Shown one piece after another: positions 26,744 through 40,062 of a DNA stretch of 64,000 bases (within the stretch, counting starts at the first letter, position 1; each line of letters opens with the position of its first letter). Below the pieces are notes generated by a model, which was given only the letters and a program-made list of their open reading frames with translations, did no database searches and was not told the origin of the DNA. This DNA comes from Euprymna scolopes (lineage: Eukaryota): NCBI GenBank assembly GCA_053919585.1, contig CM132805.1. One strand, 5' to 3'. The position numbers and the translations under genes were made by a program.

Positions 26744-27170
26744 TTTTTTTTTTACACAGCCATCATCACATTATCAAGGCCAAGAGGCCACTCAAGGATA
26801 AGGGTTAAAGAGTGTACAGTAGAAATTGGACAATATAGTAATCATTAGTAATGAAAATTCGGTAAATTTGATAACTTATATGGAACGGCTCATCAAGAAC
26901 TTATTTACTTTAGACTTGAACACAACCATATTGTAGTCAGCCGGAAAGCAGGAAAACGGAAGACAATTCCACAGGCGTGTAGTTCTAACAAAGAAGCTCT
27001 GTTCATGGAATCTACGTTTAGGTTTAGGCACAGATAAAGAGTGGGGGGATTATTGATAGTGTGTGAGGTTGCAGGGAAGAGAAAAGGGCATCTCCTACGA
27101 GGCTACGAAGTCTATTTTGAACTCTCTCAAGGCAGGATAAGTTCTTTTCTCGCAGCTCCTGCCCAGATGT
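26744..27170 (-). mobile_element. CR1/L2-group LINE 3' fragment with internal deletion
   Basis: Homologous to 13100-13722 and 36385-37036; poly-T (A tail) at 26744. Confidence 0.85.
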
Positions 27171-27364
27171 GTATTGGGGTCGATGTGTATTCGAGTTGAG
27201 TTGAATTCATATCAGCAATTTCATAAGTATTGTTTTAGTAAGATGTTGTTATAAAGATTTATGGTAGTTTATGGGTGGAGTCGCTAGAAAAGCGGGAAAA
27301 TTTATGCTTTATATTTTATAATTTACATTTCATTTTTATTTATTATTTTAGTTATCCTCACATT

Positions 27365-27745
27365 TATAGCTGTTGTTTCACGACGTTTCGGCCAACTATT
27401 CCTCTGGCCTTTGTCATGTTAAGGTTAACTGCAACGGGATAAGAATGCTGAGTCTCTTAACTATATTCTCATTAATTACTACCTTCCACAATTGTTGTCG
27501 TCTCACTCCTTTTTAGATAACTAATCCTATGGGCGGCTTTGGGTAGGATTGAAACCGCTATCTTCAGATAATGCTCACCTGGAATCGTAAGGATTCAACG
27601 TCTTTATCCACTGAGTGACGGGCCCCGGAGGCCAAAGAAATAGTTATCTGAAATGTGGTGAAGCAACAACGATGAAGATGAGGATAACAGTCCACAAATG
27701 AATAAATAAATATACAAATTATTCATCGCAAAGGATTTCAATAAT
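27365..27745. mobile_element. Penelope-derived repeat with two opposed hammerhead-like motifs
   Basis: Minus strand TGACAAAGGCCAGAGGAATAGTTGGCCGAAACGTCGTGAAACAAC; plus-strand degenerate twin GGCCAAAGAAATAGTTATCTGAAATGTGGTGAAGCAAC at ~27630. Confidence 0.55.
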
Positions 27746-28913
27746 AAAATAATATACATTTTATTTTGCTTAAATTTTATTGCGTCTGACTTATTCAGTT
27801 CTCTGATGTGGCTGCACACATTATGGACAGGGGCAGCAGAAAACAGCTTTTTTAAAACTGTTAAAGGTGATTATCTTTATATATAAAAAAAAAAGAAAAT
27901 CCGACTTATGGGCTGACAAAATGTCGAGCTGTTTCACCATTTCTTTATTTTTCTTTCTTTTTTTTTCAATCATAAATCATCAGTTTCATAATTTTGTTGC
28001 AACTTTGAAACGAGGCCTTGAAGAAGTTGCTAGTCGACAAAAAGAAACGGGTAAAAAAACGATGTTCCGGTTAAAAGCTATTTTTGTAGGCTTGCAATGC
28101 AGGAATGTACAGTTGTTATGAGCAAATAAATAAATAAATAAATAAATATTTTTTATTTACTTGAATGGCTTGTTTTCCTGTCTTATTTTCAGGTAATATA
28201 AGTGTAAAAAAATATTGAATTATATATTTATTATTTATTTATTAATCTGATTGTATATAACAATTGTACATTAAACAATGCTTCAAGCAAACCACGCCAT
28301 AATTCTTGATGTTCCAGCTTTTTGTTAGCACAGATGACTTATCTAAAGACTACTCTGTATTAGTACGGATGTCATTGCGATAATAATTAGCTTCACGTTA
28401 GGTTTCCCTTTCAAACTGATCTATATACGAAAACGGATTACTTCGTTCAAGTATGAGACAAAAACAAAGTAATGAACAGTTTATCCTGTTCACATAAAAT
28501 CGTCGTACGTATTGACGTATTCTTTACTTTAAAGAGAAAACATTGAACTTTTTTTTAATTCGAAATGTATATCAAAAACATTTGATGAATGTTTAATAAT
28601 ATATTTTTACTTTAATAAAAGACTTACGTTTTTATATTTTAAACGGTAAAGCTATTTTAGGGCTATGTTCCAAAGTAAAAAATACTACGTTGATCTTATG
28701 TCGGTTAAAAAGACAAAATATTTTCGTTTGATCGGTGGCATTATAGATAGACGATCGCTTTTAATTCCAACATTTGATAACATCATGGATTCACATCTCA
28801 CGCTAGACGATTATTGTCGTTCATTTGTTGCATTGGCGTTTCATTTATTTTTAGCAGATATTGATCATCATCATTAACCCGAATATTATTTTTAATCTAA
28901 AATAGATAAATCA

Positions 28914-28950
28914 TCTTCTAATGTATAAATCTCAAACATCTCAGTGTGTG

Positions 28951-28994
<44 letters not shown>

Positions 28995-29393
28995 AAAAAC
29001 TTTTGATAGACGCGCTGGAACGTAACGAAACTGGAATCGTTTTAAACCTCGTCTTACAGATGACGAGTGTCGGAAAATTGGTCATAAACATTAATTTTTC
29101 TTCACCCTCAGCTGGGCAGTTTTCTACAAGGGGGAGTCACCTTTTCGCATATATTTTCGCAAGTCATTCACTCTTTTCTATAGACCAGCCTTAATTTTGA
29201 CGATCGTTACTTCCGGCTTTACATGGATACAACGGCAAAGACGTCATCTTTTTGTTTTTCACGTTCTTTTTCTCCTTTCCGGTAAGGGTTCGAGCCTGCA
29301 TGCCTTCTACAACTTTCTTTTTCTTTTTCTTTTTTTTTTTTTTGCTCAACACACACCTCAAAACACCCGGGACACGCCGGGCATCCAGGCTAG
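28914..29393 (+). mobile_element. Non-autonomous Helitron
   Basis: 5' A|TC..TAATGTATAAATCTC + (GT)n; 3' CCCGGGACACGCCGGG hairpin + CTAG|T; 3' half homologous to 52150-52314. Confidence 0.8.
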
Positions 29394-32014
29394 TTTCTAA
29401 TAAACGTGAAGAGGAGTTTGTAGTTTTCTTCAAGCATTGTGCTAAGTGTGAGAGGGCCGTGTTTGAGGGCTATGAAGTGCTATCTGATTATACGTATATA
29501 ATTTCTAATTCTGTTAATGAAATTCAAGTACATTATATTTCAAATATTATACAATTATTATTTATAAATGTTTACACTATTATCATAAAAACAATACCTA
29601 ATACGATAAAGATATGCTCAGTATTAGGGATGGAGTATTATTATAACTCCGTGATGCTGCATTAAAAAGAAATGGAAGTCATTCGGAAAAATCCAGATAC
29701 ATCCGATTTTTATGAAATTTAAAAATTGGTATTAGACATCAACTGGTAAATATTGTTCCAAATTTAATACTGCTATAACTCCACACATAAAAATTCAAAA
29801 TATTTGAATTATATTTTATTTAAAGTGATTAGACACAAATTAAAGGTTTGCTGAATTTAAATTTGTGCTAAGCCGATCAAATATATTATTTAATTTTAAT
29901 TTTTTCCTGTGTTTGTTTTCCTTTCTNNNNNNNNNNNNNNNNNNNNNNNNNNNNNNNNNNNNNNNNNNNNNNNNNNNNNNNNNNNNNNNNNNNNNNNNNN
30001 NNNNNNNNNNNNNNNNNNNNNNNNNNNNNNNNNNNNNNNNNNNNNNNNNNNNNNNNNNNNNNNNNNNNNNNNNNNNNNNATGTATATATCATAGATAGCT
30101 GCAAGGAGATAGAACTTGAATGGCTACTTGAAACTGTCCACGGATAACTAAGGTCCCTCTGTATAAGGGTTTGTCAAGAAAACGTTGCATGAAGATACTT
30201 CCCCTAAAGCAAACCTCGACTAAATATACAAAATGATATAGAAGTCGAAGTCCAAATAAGATTCTCTAGTGTAGTTACTCCACACTGGCATATACGAGAA
30301 ATGACACACTTTCGGCAAATTATGTTGTCTATACTAACAGCACAAAACTGGGCACTCCACCAGACTAGATGAATTCTTGTCCTAGCACCCAGTTAGAGGC
30401 AAAAGATTGCAAGAAACAATTTACCATAATATTAAAATTAATGTTCCTCACTTTGTTTTTACTAATTCAACGTTTGAAAAGTGAGAGAGAACTTTAATGG
30501 AATATTCGAATATTGATTTCATATAGCTATCAAGTGTTAGCCTTAAGAAAAAGACACCTTGATTTTTGAGAATATCGACTGAAGTAAAATAAAACGCAAT
30601 CGCTTACGTCGTATAAATGTGTGTATAAGTTAATAATCAGCAAAGGCAGTCGGTAGCATAATACTTTAAGAAAAGTTTATCGTTCATTGTTTGGCGCACG
30701 TGAAAGGTAATTAGCCGGGAATTAATTACTTCAATCATTAATGAAATTAACTTGAATACGCGTTTCTCTGTGTCAATTCTTAATTAAGAGCGACAATTCG
30801 TAATTTATAATTGAACATCTCGTTGTAAATCTAGCCAAATAATTTCTGACACATTTGCCTCGTCAACACGACAATCGACTGCTCGAGAGTAAAAGGTGTG
30901 TGGATTAGGGGAAGGAGGGAGAGTGCTGAATATAAGAAGAGGCTGAGAATTATATATGATAGGTTAGCGGAAATGGAATTAGAATTACTTCATCATAATT
31001 TGACTTTAAATGTGCCAGAGTTATTTCCCTTTAGCTTATTATTAATTCACGGAAGGAACATGCAGCTTCCACACTGCCGATTTTCCGGTATTAATTAACG
31101 AAGGCAACTTACCGTCTCAACACCGTTTTTTTTTTTTCGAAACAATAAGCATGCTAGAAGGAACGTAATTTACGTAAAAGCTGAGGCACGCAGATACTTC
31201 TTAATTAATCCGTATTCAATTCTAATTATCATTGGTTTGTATTGGAACTTTACTTGCTTACTTTCAGTATTACCGTTGAATCAAAATCTTACGTTTACAT
31301 TTGAGCTATCTACGTATGTTTCAGATAAATGCTCATAAGTTCAGATTTGCGTCCTCAGATTGTGAGATAGTTGTTATGGTTACAAGTAATATTGCGCCGA
31401 TTACGAGCGTCTGAGACATACAAATGACTGAGTAGTCGTTGCTTGTTTCAAATATCAGGTCGTTGCAACAGTTTTCTCCGATTTAAAATTTCATCTTGAA
31501 AATGAAAACCTATGTTTTTGAAAATGTTTATTCATAACGATAATGAATTTTGCTCCCTATAACTTTATTCTATTTGTCAACAATGCCTCACATGTATATT
31601 CTTTGGTTGTTGATGCGAAAAATGAATTTTACTTATGTTTCATATTCTCTGTGAATGTTAACCTGGTTGCGCAATCATCGAAATAAGGAACTTGTAACGG
31701 ACCAGGATATAATACCCTAGCTCGCCACAAGAAAGTAATGAAACGAATGGAATTGAAGGAAACAACGACTCAATTGACGGATAAGATAAACATCGTTTAT
31801 TTACTGTGGAAGAATGTTTTAGATATAATATGTGTTCATGTCCGCGCGTGTGTAACTAATGTTCGTTGCGGGACTGGTGCTGTAGAAAGAAAAGGAAATG
31901 TGTGTTCATCTCAAGTTCGGGTCAACATCGTTTGTTCGCGCGTGGGAATTAAAGTGAGTAAAGTAATAGAATGAGAAATGGCTGTCCATCGTGTAGACAA
32001 AAAAAGAGGATAGA

Positions 32015-32545
32015 GGGTTGACGTCAGTTAGCAGTCAGCTACGCGAAGGCGTTCTCAGGGACCAGTAGTAGATAGAGAGAGAAAGAGTGAGAATGTGTAC
32101 ATACGGTCTGTTGGTACGCATGTGCGCGCGCCTGCCGAAACGGCGGCGGCTCGCGCGCCGACCAACCACCTAGGAGGCTAATCTCGAAAAGGAAGAAGCC
32201 GGTTGTTGCTCTTTGTTTTATACTTGTTTCCGGTGTTTTTTTTTTTTGCGCATGTGTGTATTTTCTTTGAAAGCGGAAGTGACGTTGTCCATGCGTGCGT
32301 TTGTGTGAGTACATGTGTGTACGTTAGCGTGTGTGTATATACACGTGAATGTGAGTGTATGTACGTGTGTGGACGTGGGCGCGTATGTTTGTGTGCGCGT
32401 ATGTATATGACAAGTAATATAGCTTGAAATGTGAATGTGTGTTTTTGTGCGAGACTAGAAAAGGCTCGTACTAACTACACTAGAGCAACATACAGGATAG
32501 AGCAAGATTTACGAACCAAATCCTTCTAGGTGACTTTGGTAAGTT
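32015..32545 (+). promoter_or_regulatory. Candidate CpG-rich promoter / non-coding first exon ending at a strong donor
   Basis: TGACGTCA at 32019-32026; GC/CpG-rich core at 32115-32165; TTCCGG at 32228; GCGGAAGTGACG (ETS/CRE composite) at 32273; TTG|GTAAGT at 32538/32539. Confidence 0.45.
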
Positions 32546-33895
32546 AATGTTTGGATGAGCATTATTATGATGACAGATGATTTCGTTTGTGTTGACAAAA
32601 GTAGGCCGTTTTCTGGTAAACATAGGCGATAATATTGCAAATATGAATTATACTTTATTAATCTGAAAAAAAGCAGTTATAAATTAATCATGGTGATATG
32701 TTTAAGTAATAATCACATGTTTAAGTAATAACTATATGCTTAAGTAATAGGAAATATACGTAAAATAAATGACAATGGTTCCAAATACCATTTTTACAGA
32801 CCGGAAAAAAACTTTTTGCAACAACTTGATACTTAATTGGAAGTTATTGTCAAATCGAAGTATGATGTAACGTTACATATGTTTACACACGTATTAATAT
32901 GTAGACATTCGGCTCCCAACACGTTGTAGACTCTGTCGTAAAGAACACCACGACAAGGAATAACTCGGCTCACTTTTTTCCGTTGAAATAACGTATTTCT
33001 CGTATACTTTCCCGAATCAAACGTGTTTATTTCGAACGTGTCCCCGCAGTCTGCGCACACATTATTCTTTTTATATCTTTTTCTTTTCTTCCTCACCGTG
33101 ACGTCACTCGCACACTGCTCGAATTTGCATACAGGCGCTTTACGAGCGTCCGCACTCTGTTACAACTGTATGGAGCACCAGTACTAACGTAGAAGAGAAT
33201 TGTTTCCAATTAGGACACTCAACTGTATCGGACACATGAGCAAGATATGCAACTGACGACCATATTCAATACCTCGGAATCCTATCTAATATTGCAAAAA
33301 TTATTTAGATACTCTTTTTTCCTTATTACCTACTTCAAGTCTACTGAACGGGGGGGAGGGTATCCTGTTTAACTATTAAAAGCGTTCATAGCAAATTCGA
33401 AAACACCACCTGGATCACGTTGACTGTAGCTGCGATCTCTTGCCTTCAAACACTGACGAAGCTCTAAAAACATTCTAAAATAATGTCAGCAAGCACTTAC
33501 AAATTATCATGTTAAAATTAGCGACGGTGTATACTATAGATTTCAGTAAAAACGGCGAGAATATTTCCGATAAGACAAAATTCTGGTAAAGCATGGTCCT
33601 CAACCTATGACAGTATAGGACAAACTTCTCGATGGAAGCAATTTGTATCTTTATTTCATACAGAGTTACCATTTTTGAAAAGGTATTTTAGTAAACAGTC
33701 ATCGAATATTATACATATATTGATTATATACTGGGTCTGCTTAATAGATGATCGTCGCAAACAATATCCACTGATTCCCGAATTCGACAATATACATTTC
33801 AAACGTTGTGAAAACAAAACTCGAGATTATTAAAGTATACTGAATAATCTAAGAATCTAAATAATACAAAGTATCAAGCCTCATCTCCAAAAATT

Positions 33896-34676
33896 TGTAA
33901 CGTAATACCCCATTGAGGAGCGTTAGAACTACGCTGAGATAGCTTTTTATTCCCGGGTGACGCCAGATAACCCAAGGATGCAAGATCGAGAAGATAAATA
34001 TATATTTTTTATTTCATGTCAAAATAGATATTATTTGAAAACCAGAGAAATATATTTTTACGGCTAAAAGTTGACAACAGGAAATTTCACTTAGAACCTT
34101 GTCTGGCCTTAAATGGACTCAGGGTCGGATGTCAGAATTGATACCTGGCCTGGAGAATGAGTACTTTAGATTTCAGCGTGGGAATTGTACCCACGCAAAA
34201 CCCTAAAAGCTTTCGATTTCGTGGAGATTTCGTGGCGGAATCATTGGCTGGGGAGAATTTCCACCCCATCCACATACCTTACTTTATATACGACTGTCGT
34301 GCGAAAAGAGTGTGGATAGAATTGAGTCGCAGAGTGAGTGGAGAGTTTCAAAGCAGATTGCTTGTTGAATCCGAGAAGAGATGTGACCCCTCCCCATCTC
34401 ATCCATCCGTCGGTCGCTGTCTGTGAAGAGAGTTGAAGCTTTGAAAAGAACTTACAAAATCTGAATGAGAATTGTAAAAACATTTTGCACATAATTTTGT
34501 GAAAATTAAGCTTCTGTAGGTAGACTACAATTGTTTGTCTTTCTTCCTGCCTGCCGCTTCGATATTCGCTTTCAGCATACCAGATTCATGTAACAGCCTG
34601 CGAGAAGTCTAGACGATACGTGCCAAGAATCTAGAGAAATAAGAGTCCTTAACTACCTTCTCGGGGAGGCGTTACA
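33896..34676. mobile_element. Solo LTR (Gypsy-like), 781 bp
   Basis: TGTAACG...CGTTACA termini with AATT 4-bp direct repeat at 33892-33895 and 34677-34680. Confidence 0.7.
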
Positions 34677-34812
34677 AATTAGAATAATAAGAAAACAGAA
34701 GTAAAGAATGGTTAAACTCATTTCAAGTAAATTCTAGTTTATACTAATTATGCATATGTGGTATCAGTAGGAAGTTAACTCATTTGCATATTTCTGTGCA
34801 AAAATATTTTTA

Positions 34813-35435
34813 ATAGCTGTACATACCAGGCGTTGCCCAGTCGAAATATATTACCGCGTGGAGCCATTAGTCACAAACTATGTAAGATACAATGGATATC
34901 TTAACTTGCTACGAAAAGTGACCGCATGTCTGAGTTAGAGGAGCATAAAACACACAGATCTTTGTCTATGAAAATCAAACTCGAAGTAACTCTCATAACT
35001 TAAAAAGATATAACTCTCATAGCTTAAAGAAATAAGTTTATTTCCGGTTTTAAACGCAACAGTTATGAACTATTCTTAAAGAACTATATATTAAGTCAAA
35101 TATAATTTAAATCAAAAATAAATTAAATAAATCAACTTTAAATAATATTTCTAAATATAACATTTAAAATCATTTTATTGCAAGAAAGAATTAATAACAT
35201 CGAGCTAATTATTAAAATAGTTTTTCCGATGTAATACGTAAATGGAATTACTCATCGAATGTATATTTCTTTTGAATAAATAGTGTATATAGGAACCGTG
35301 CTGTATTAAATGTGTATATAAGTTCGTTTTCAGTATGTAAATGTATTTGTAAAACAGTGCACCTTTCGTAGATATTTACTAAGTTGTAAGCAAACACACA
35401 AATAGACAGGAATACAATTTTATTATAATATAAGA
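34813..35435 (-). mobile_element. Non-autonomous Helitron (degenerate 3' end)
   Basis: Minus strand 5' TCTTATATTATAATAAAATTG...TTTGTGTGTTTG; 3' CTGGGCAACGCCTGG hairpin + CTAT. Confidence 0.6.
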
Positions 35436-35439
35436 TTCA

Positions 35440-36257
35440 AGCAAGCAAGCAAGGACGCTAGGGCGGTCCAAAGAGTTGTATAATTATATAGATTAATTAG
35501 TTATACTTTGTTATGTTTTAGCTTTAATACAAACAAGAGAAGTGCACAGTGAACGAGACATAAAAAATGACTAAGTTCAGCATTTGCCCCCCACCCCCAC
35601 CCACATTTGGTCCGAAAAGTCCCCAGGGGACTCAAATCACGGTGAAAATGAACAAACGGTGCAGTTTTAGGTCTTACCATATGTAAATTTGAGTTCTGCT
35701 CCATGCAAAAAAAAAAAATGACTAAGTCCATTATTTGACACCCCCATTTAGTCCCAAAAGTCCCCAAGGCCTTAACATATTTAAATTTGAGTTCAGCACC
35801 ATGCAAAACTGCTAAATAGACATACACAGAAATTTTTGGACAAATATGGTAAAATAGTCTCCAAAATGGAGTGTTTTTATTAGCCCTAAAAGAGCCCCTG
35901 GGGCACACACAAATTTATCGCGAGGTATAGACAAACAAAATTACATAGAAATCAGTTAGTTACAACTTTTTAGAAAGTTTCATAAAAATCCAAGGCATCA
36001 ATTATTTAAAAAAAAATAAGCACAAAAGTGTCAACTTTAGCCATTTTAACCCAAAAGGCACCCCTAATGGGGTCAACCGGAGTTTTCCTGGAAAATCCGT
36101 TCTGTTACTTTTTACTCATATTATGTTTAATGTTTGTGTAAAATTTCAAAAAATTCCAAGATATATTGACAAAAGTGCAGACAGACGAACGGACGAACGG
36201 ACGAACGGACAAGAGTGAATTTACAGGTCCACACTTCTTTTGTCGGGGAACCAAAAA
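35440..36257 (-). mobile_element. Helentron-associated (DINE-1/HINE-like) non-autonomous element
   Basis: Minus-strand 5' TTTTTGGTTCCCCGACAAAAG, (GTCCGTTC)n microsatellite and internal tandem duplication; homologous to 7925-8420. Confidence 0.65.
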
Positions 36258-36384
36258 TAGTTGTGTTTGAGAATATTGTTTCATTTCGTAGAAATTTTTA
36301 ATCGATAGAATTTAGAAATGTGGATTCTCCTTTTTGCTTATGATAACAGATTTTGGTATTTATTATTTTATATATCATTGCCCA

Positions 36385-37036
36385 TGTCTGTTGCCAAGGT
36401 CGCTGGAAAGATGGCGGGATCCTTCTACCGCTCCAGAAGATATCTCACTACTGATGCAATTATCTATCTATATAAAAGCCAAGTCCGTCCAAGGATGGAA
36501 TACTGCTGCCATATCTGGGAAGGAGCTGCTAAAAACAGCCTATCCTGCCTTGACAGAGTACAAAATAGACTTCGTGGCTTAGTGGGGGATGCCCTTTTCT
36601 CTACCCTGCAACTCTCTCCCACAGAAGAGACGTTGCGAGCCTATCTTTGTTTTATCGTTATTTCAATGGCAAGTGCTCGTCTGAACTCCAATCTCTGGTC
36701 CCCCCTCGCCAATCTTTCACGAAAAACACCCGTCTAGCTGAATCCACTGTGAAAAATTTCCCCCACTCTTTATCTGTGCCTAAATCAACACGTGGATTCC
36801 ATGAACAAAGCTTCTTTCTTAGAACTGCACGCCTGTGGAACTCTGTTCCGTCTGCCTGCTTCCCACCTGACTACAACTTGGATGTGCTCAAGTCCAACGT
36901 TAACAAGTTCCTAATGAACCGCGCCCTTAAGTAAACACTTCATCAAATCTCCACACTAAATAATGTACTTGCAATAACCCTTATCCCTGAGTGGCTTCCG
37001 GACCTTGATAAGTGGTGACCACTGTGTAAAAAAAAA
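36385..37036 (+). mobile_element. CR1/L2-group LINE 3' end (RT C-terminus, 3' UTR, A tail)
   Basis: YLYKSQVRPRMEYCCHIW...LDRVQNR; SFFLRTARLWNSVP...YNLDVLKSNVNK (one frameshift); ends TGTGTAAAAAAAAA. Confidence 0.9.
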
Positions 37037-37669
37037 TGAAAATTAAGGTTTCCTTTCTAATCTTCTAATCTTTACGGACGTATTTCAAAGAGAATAAATG
37101 CGTATCAGAATTATTAAAAAAATGTTAATGTTTATCATGTTTATTATTTCAAATTAAGTATTAACCGAGGGACATCTGGCAAACGATTGTATTAGCAGCA
37201 TGAGCAGCGTTTGTGAGCGTATGCAAATTGACAAGTGTGTTCGGGCTTGCGTCTGAAGAAAAAGAAAGAAAAGGACACCACATGGTCGACGAAAAAAACG
37301 TTGACGCCGAAGGAGACGGACGTGTAAAGTGAAGACGAGAATGAGCCGGCTGTGGCAAGCGTGCGGTCGGAAGAAAGAGAAACGTGGTCAGGTTAGATAG
37401 ACATGTCACAGAGAGAGATTTTTTAAGTTGTGTCGAGATGAGAGGGTAACGGTACTCAACGCGTTATTTAAAAAAGAAAAAATTCCGACCCGGATTTTTA
37501 TTTATCATTTCCATTTGTTTGTATCTGCGACGTTACATTAAAGGCAACATGAACTGAAACAAATATATTGAAGAAATTGCTAATGCTGACACCAAATCGA
37601 TGGGCTCCCTTTACCGTGTTAGAATACTTCTCATACTTGAAAATATCTTATATCTCACAAAACCACAAT

Positions 37670-38995
37670 TCGCCCATGCATGAAGTAAAACATTTTAGAC
37701 AAGATTAAAAAAGGAGTTTCTAAAATATAAGAGATCCCGCACTATCAACAAATCTCCAACCCCTGTCCCATCACAGCAATGTTGCATCTCAGTGTTTTAT
37801 AAGTATTTCAGTGGAATGTGCTCTGACGAATTCGCAGCAATTGTGCTCCTTCGCCGTAAACACACACGGTAAACCCGACAAGCTCAAAATCTCACTGCTC
37901 TTCTGTATGAGTCCCATAATTTTACCAGTTCCCTCTCTTCAAATGACAGACTTTGGAATTCTCTCCATGTTTCCTGTTTCCCTGATTGTACGAAGGTGCA
38001 GAAATTCAGATATAATGCTAACAGATACTTCGCTGCTCATCACCCCAGATAGTGCCCCTCGTATACATGATCTAAAAAACGTAGCCCTTTACGTTCAAGT
38101 GTGAATACGTATTATCCGAGTGAATAAGTGTAACAAAAAAGACTTTGAGAATCGATAGTGAATGTCGAAGTCATCTGCTGCATTCATAAACTCGAGTTTT
38201 CAAATATGAAAATGAATTCACAAATAGGATAAAAGTGACGAATATATAATTACTCATCTCACACGTTGATAATAAAAATGATAATTAAAGATCGAATAAA
38301 CTAATGAATTAATCAATAAGTAATATTTACCGAGTATTTGCAAATATGGTATCTTTGGAATTAACTTCTTTTTTTACAACAGTCACATCATGCCTTACAA
38401 TTATAGAGACGAACACAATCTGGAAGCTAAAGCCTTGAATTTTAGATATTTCTAGAATCAAAATCCTGTTATGGAATTCTTTAATGTAAAGAATATATAC
38501 TCTAGTTTGATTCATAGGCCGGTTCTTTTTACCTGACTAAAAAACTCTTTCGACTGCCAGTATCCTATATATTTTCAAAGCCACTATTCACCTATGTATG
38601 GAGTAGTGTTGCCACATCTGAGCTGGTGTATTAACAACTAGCCTCTTCCGTCCTTAGTTAGGGCCCAAAAGAAAGCTCTAATTTACTAGGTCCCACAATA
38701 TCTACCAAGCTTCAGACCGTGTACCCTTGTCGTAATGTTACGTCCCCGTGCTTTGTAAAAAATGATTCAATGAAATGTTCTCTGACGAACGCCTTGCACT
38801 TGCGTCGACTCAACGTAAATGGCTCCGACCAACCCGACAATCATAAAAATACTACTCATTCACTGAAAAGGTTCACAGATGCCGGTAAGTTTCTACTCTG
38901 ATAACTTTTTCGCCAAACTTCCTCCTCTCTTCCACGACTGTTGCAAACATTCAGAAATTTAAATGAAATGCGAACAAACATCTCGCTGCTTAAGA
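37670..38995 (+). mobile_element. Two older, highly decayed LINE 3' fragments (37670-38140 and 38520-38995)
   Basis: Remnants such as tattttcaaagccactattc...atggagtagtgttgccacatctga, cgtaatgtta, agactttggaattctctcc are similar to the 36385 LINE. Confidence 0.6.
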
Positions 38996-39069
38996 TGTTC
39001 TATTAATTTGGCTTATAATCTAGTGTAGCTTCTTACATCCAAAAAGTAAATAGTATTGTTCGGGGTGAA

Positions 39070-39345
39070 TATAAACAGGCTCTTTCAGCCTTTGACAGAC
39101 TATGAATATCCACGAAGGGGTGCCTGCGCATGAAATTTTTGTGGCAGGGGATGCACATCTCCAATCATACCTCTCCTGAGTCGACTTGTTAAATACCAGT
39201 GGAAAATAAAGTGTACGACTGGAAACAAATGGCAAGATGAGCGGAGAGCACACACAGCGCCTAGAATCCCCAAATGGTAACCCATCTGGTACTAACCATG
39301 CTCAACGTTGCTTAACTTCGATGACCTGATGAAGGCCGGCGTGAA
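39070..39345 (-). mobile_element. 5S rRNA-derived SINE with a distinct body
   Basis: Minus strand ATCGAAGTTAAGCAACGTTGAGCATGGTTAGTACCAGATGGGTTACCATTTGGGGATTCTAGGCGCTGT. Confidence 0.8.
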
Positions 39346-39542
39346 TATAAGTAAATCACTGCGATCATCACAAAATGATCATAATTTGGCGTATACAACA
39401 AGGTTGATGCGCCACAAAATAAGGCTTATAATGTCATAGAATTAATTCAAATAATCAAACAAACTATTATGTTTACACCATCTATTATGATTGAAACCGT
39501 AATCTACTAAGGATTCATTATTAATATTTAGTTTATAGTATA

Positions 39543-40062
39543 CTAGCAAATGTAGCCGACGTTGCTCGGTATTAAAAGTAACATTAAATTCCTTTAAAAA
39601 TCTGGGGAAAAAACGGAAAGAAATTGAGACATGTGCATGCGAGTATTATGTTATTTTTTCTAAACAGTTCACTTCTTGTAAGTAAAAAAAAATACTCGAG
39701 CTGAAACGAAACCAAAACCTTAAGACACTGAGTCAAGTACGATAATCATTAAGCCAGCTTGCCACGATATGTTAAAAATGTTCTCTAACCTATTTATTCT
39801 TAGCATAAGGAATATGTCATGTGTACCATTCACGGGTGAAACAGTTGACAAACAGATAAAAAATCGATGGTATCCCTAAGTTCTATTTTTTCAATTTTGA
39901 CTCCTTAGCAGCCCTTTTTTATGAAAACTGATTAAAGTTTTTTGACATGTCTGAATACTTTATATACTAAATTTCAAATCTGTAGATCGAAACTTTGTTG
40001 AGTATATAGGCTAAGATGTGTCCTCACACACAAGTACGTTTTCACTTTTATAGATTCATAGA
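39543..40062 (-). mobile_element. Non-autonomous Helitron
   Basis: Minus strand 5' TCTATAAAAGTGAAAA (as at 59574); 3' CCGAGCAACGTCGG hairpin + CTAG|T. Confidence 0.75.

Noticed and set aside
28181-28196. TTTTCAG|GTAATA as a recursive splice site
   Set aside because: A single motif in AT-rich DNA is expected by chance; there is no supporting evidence.
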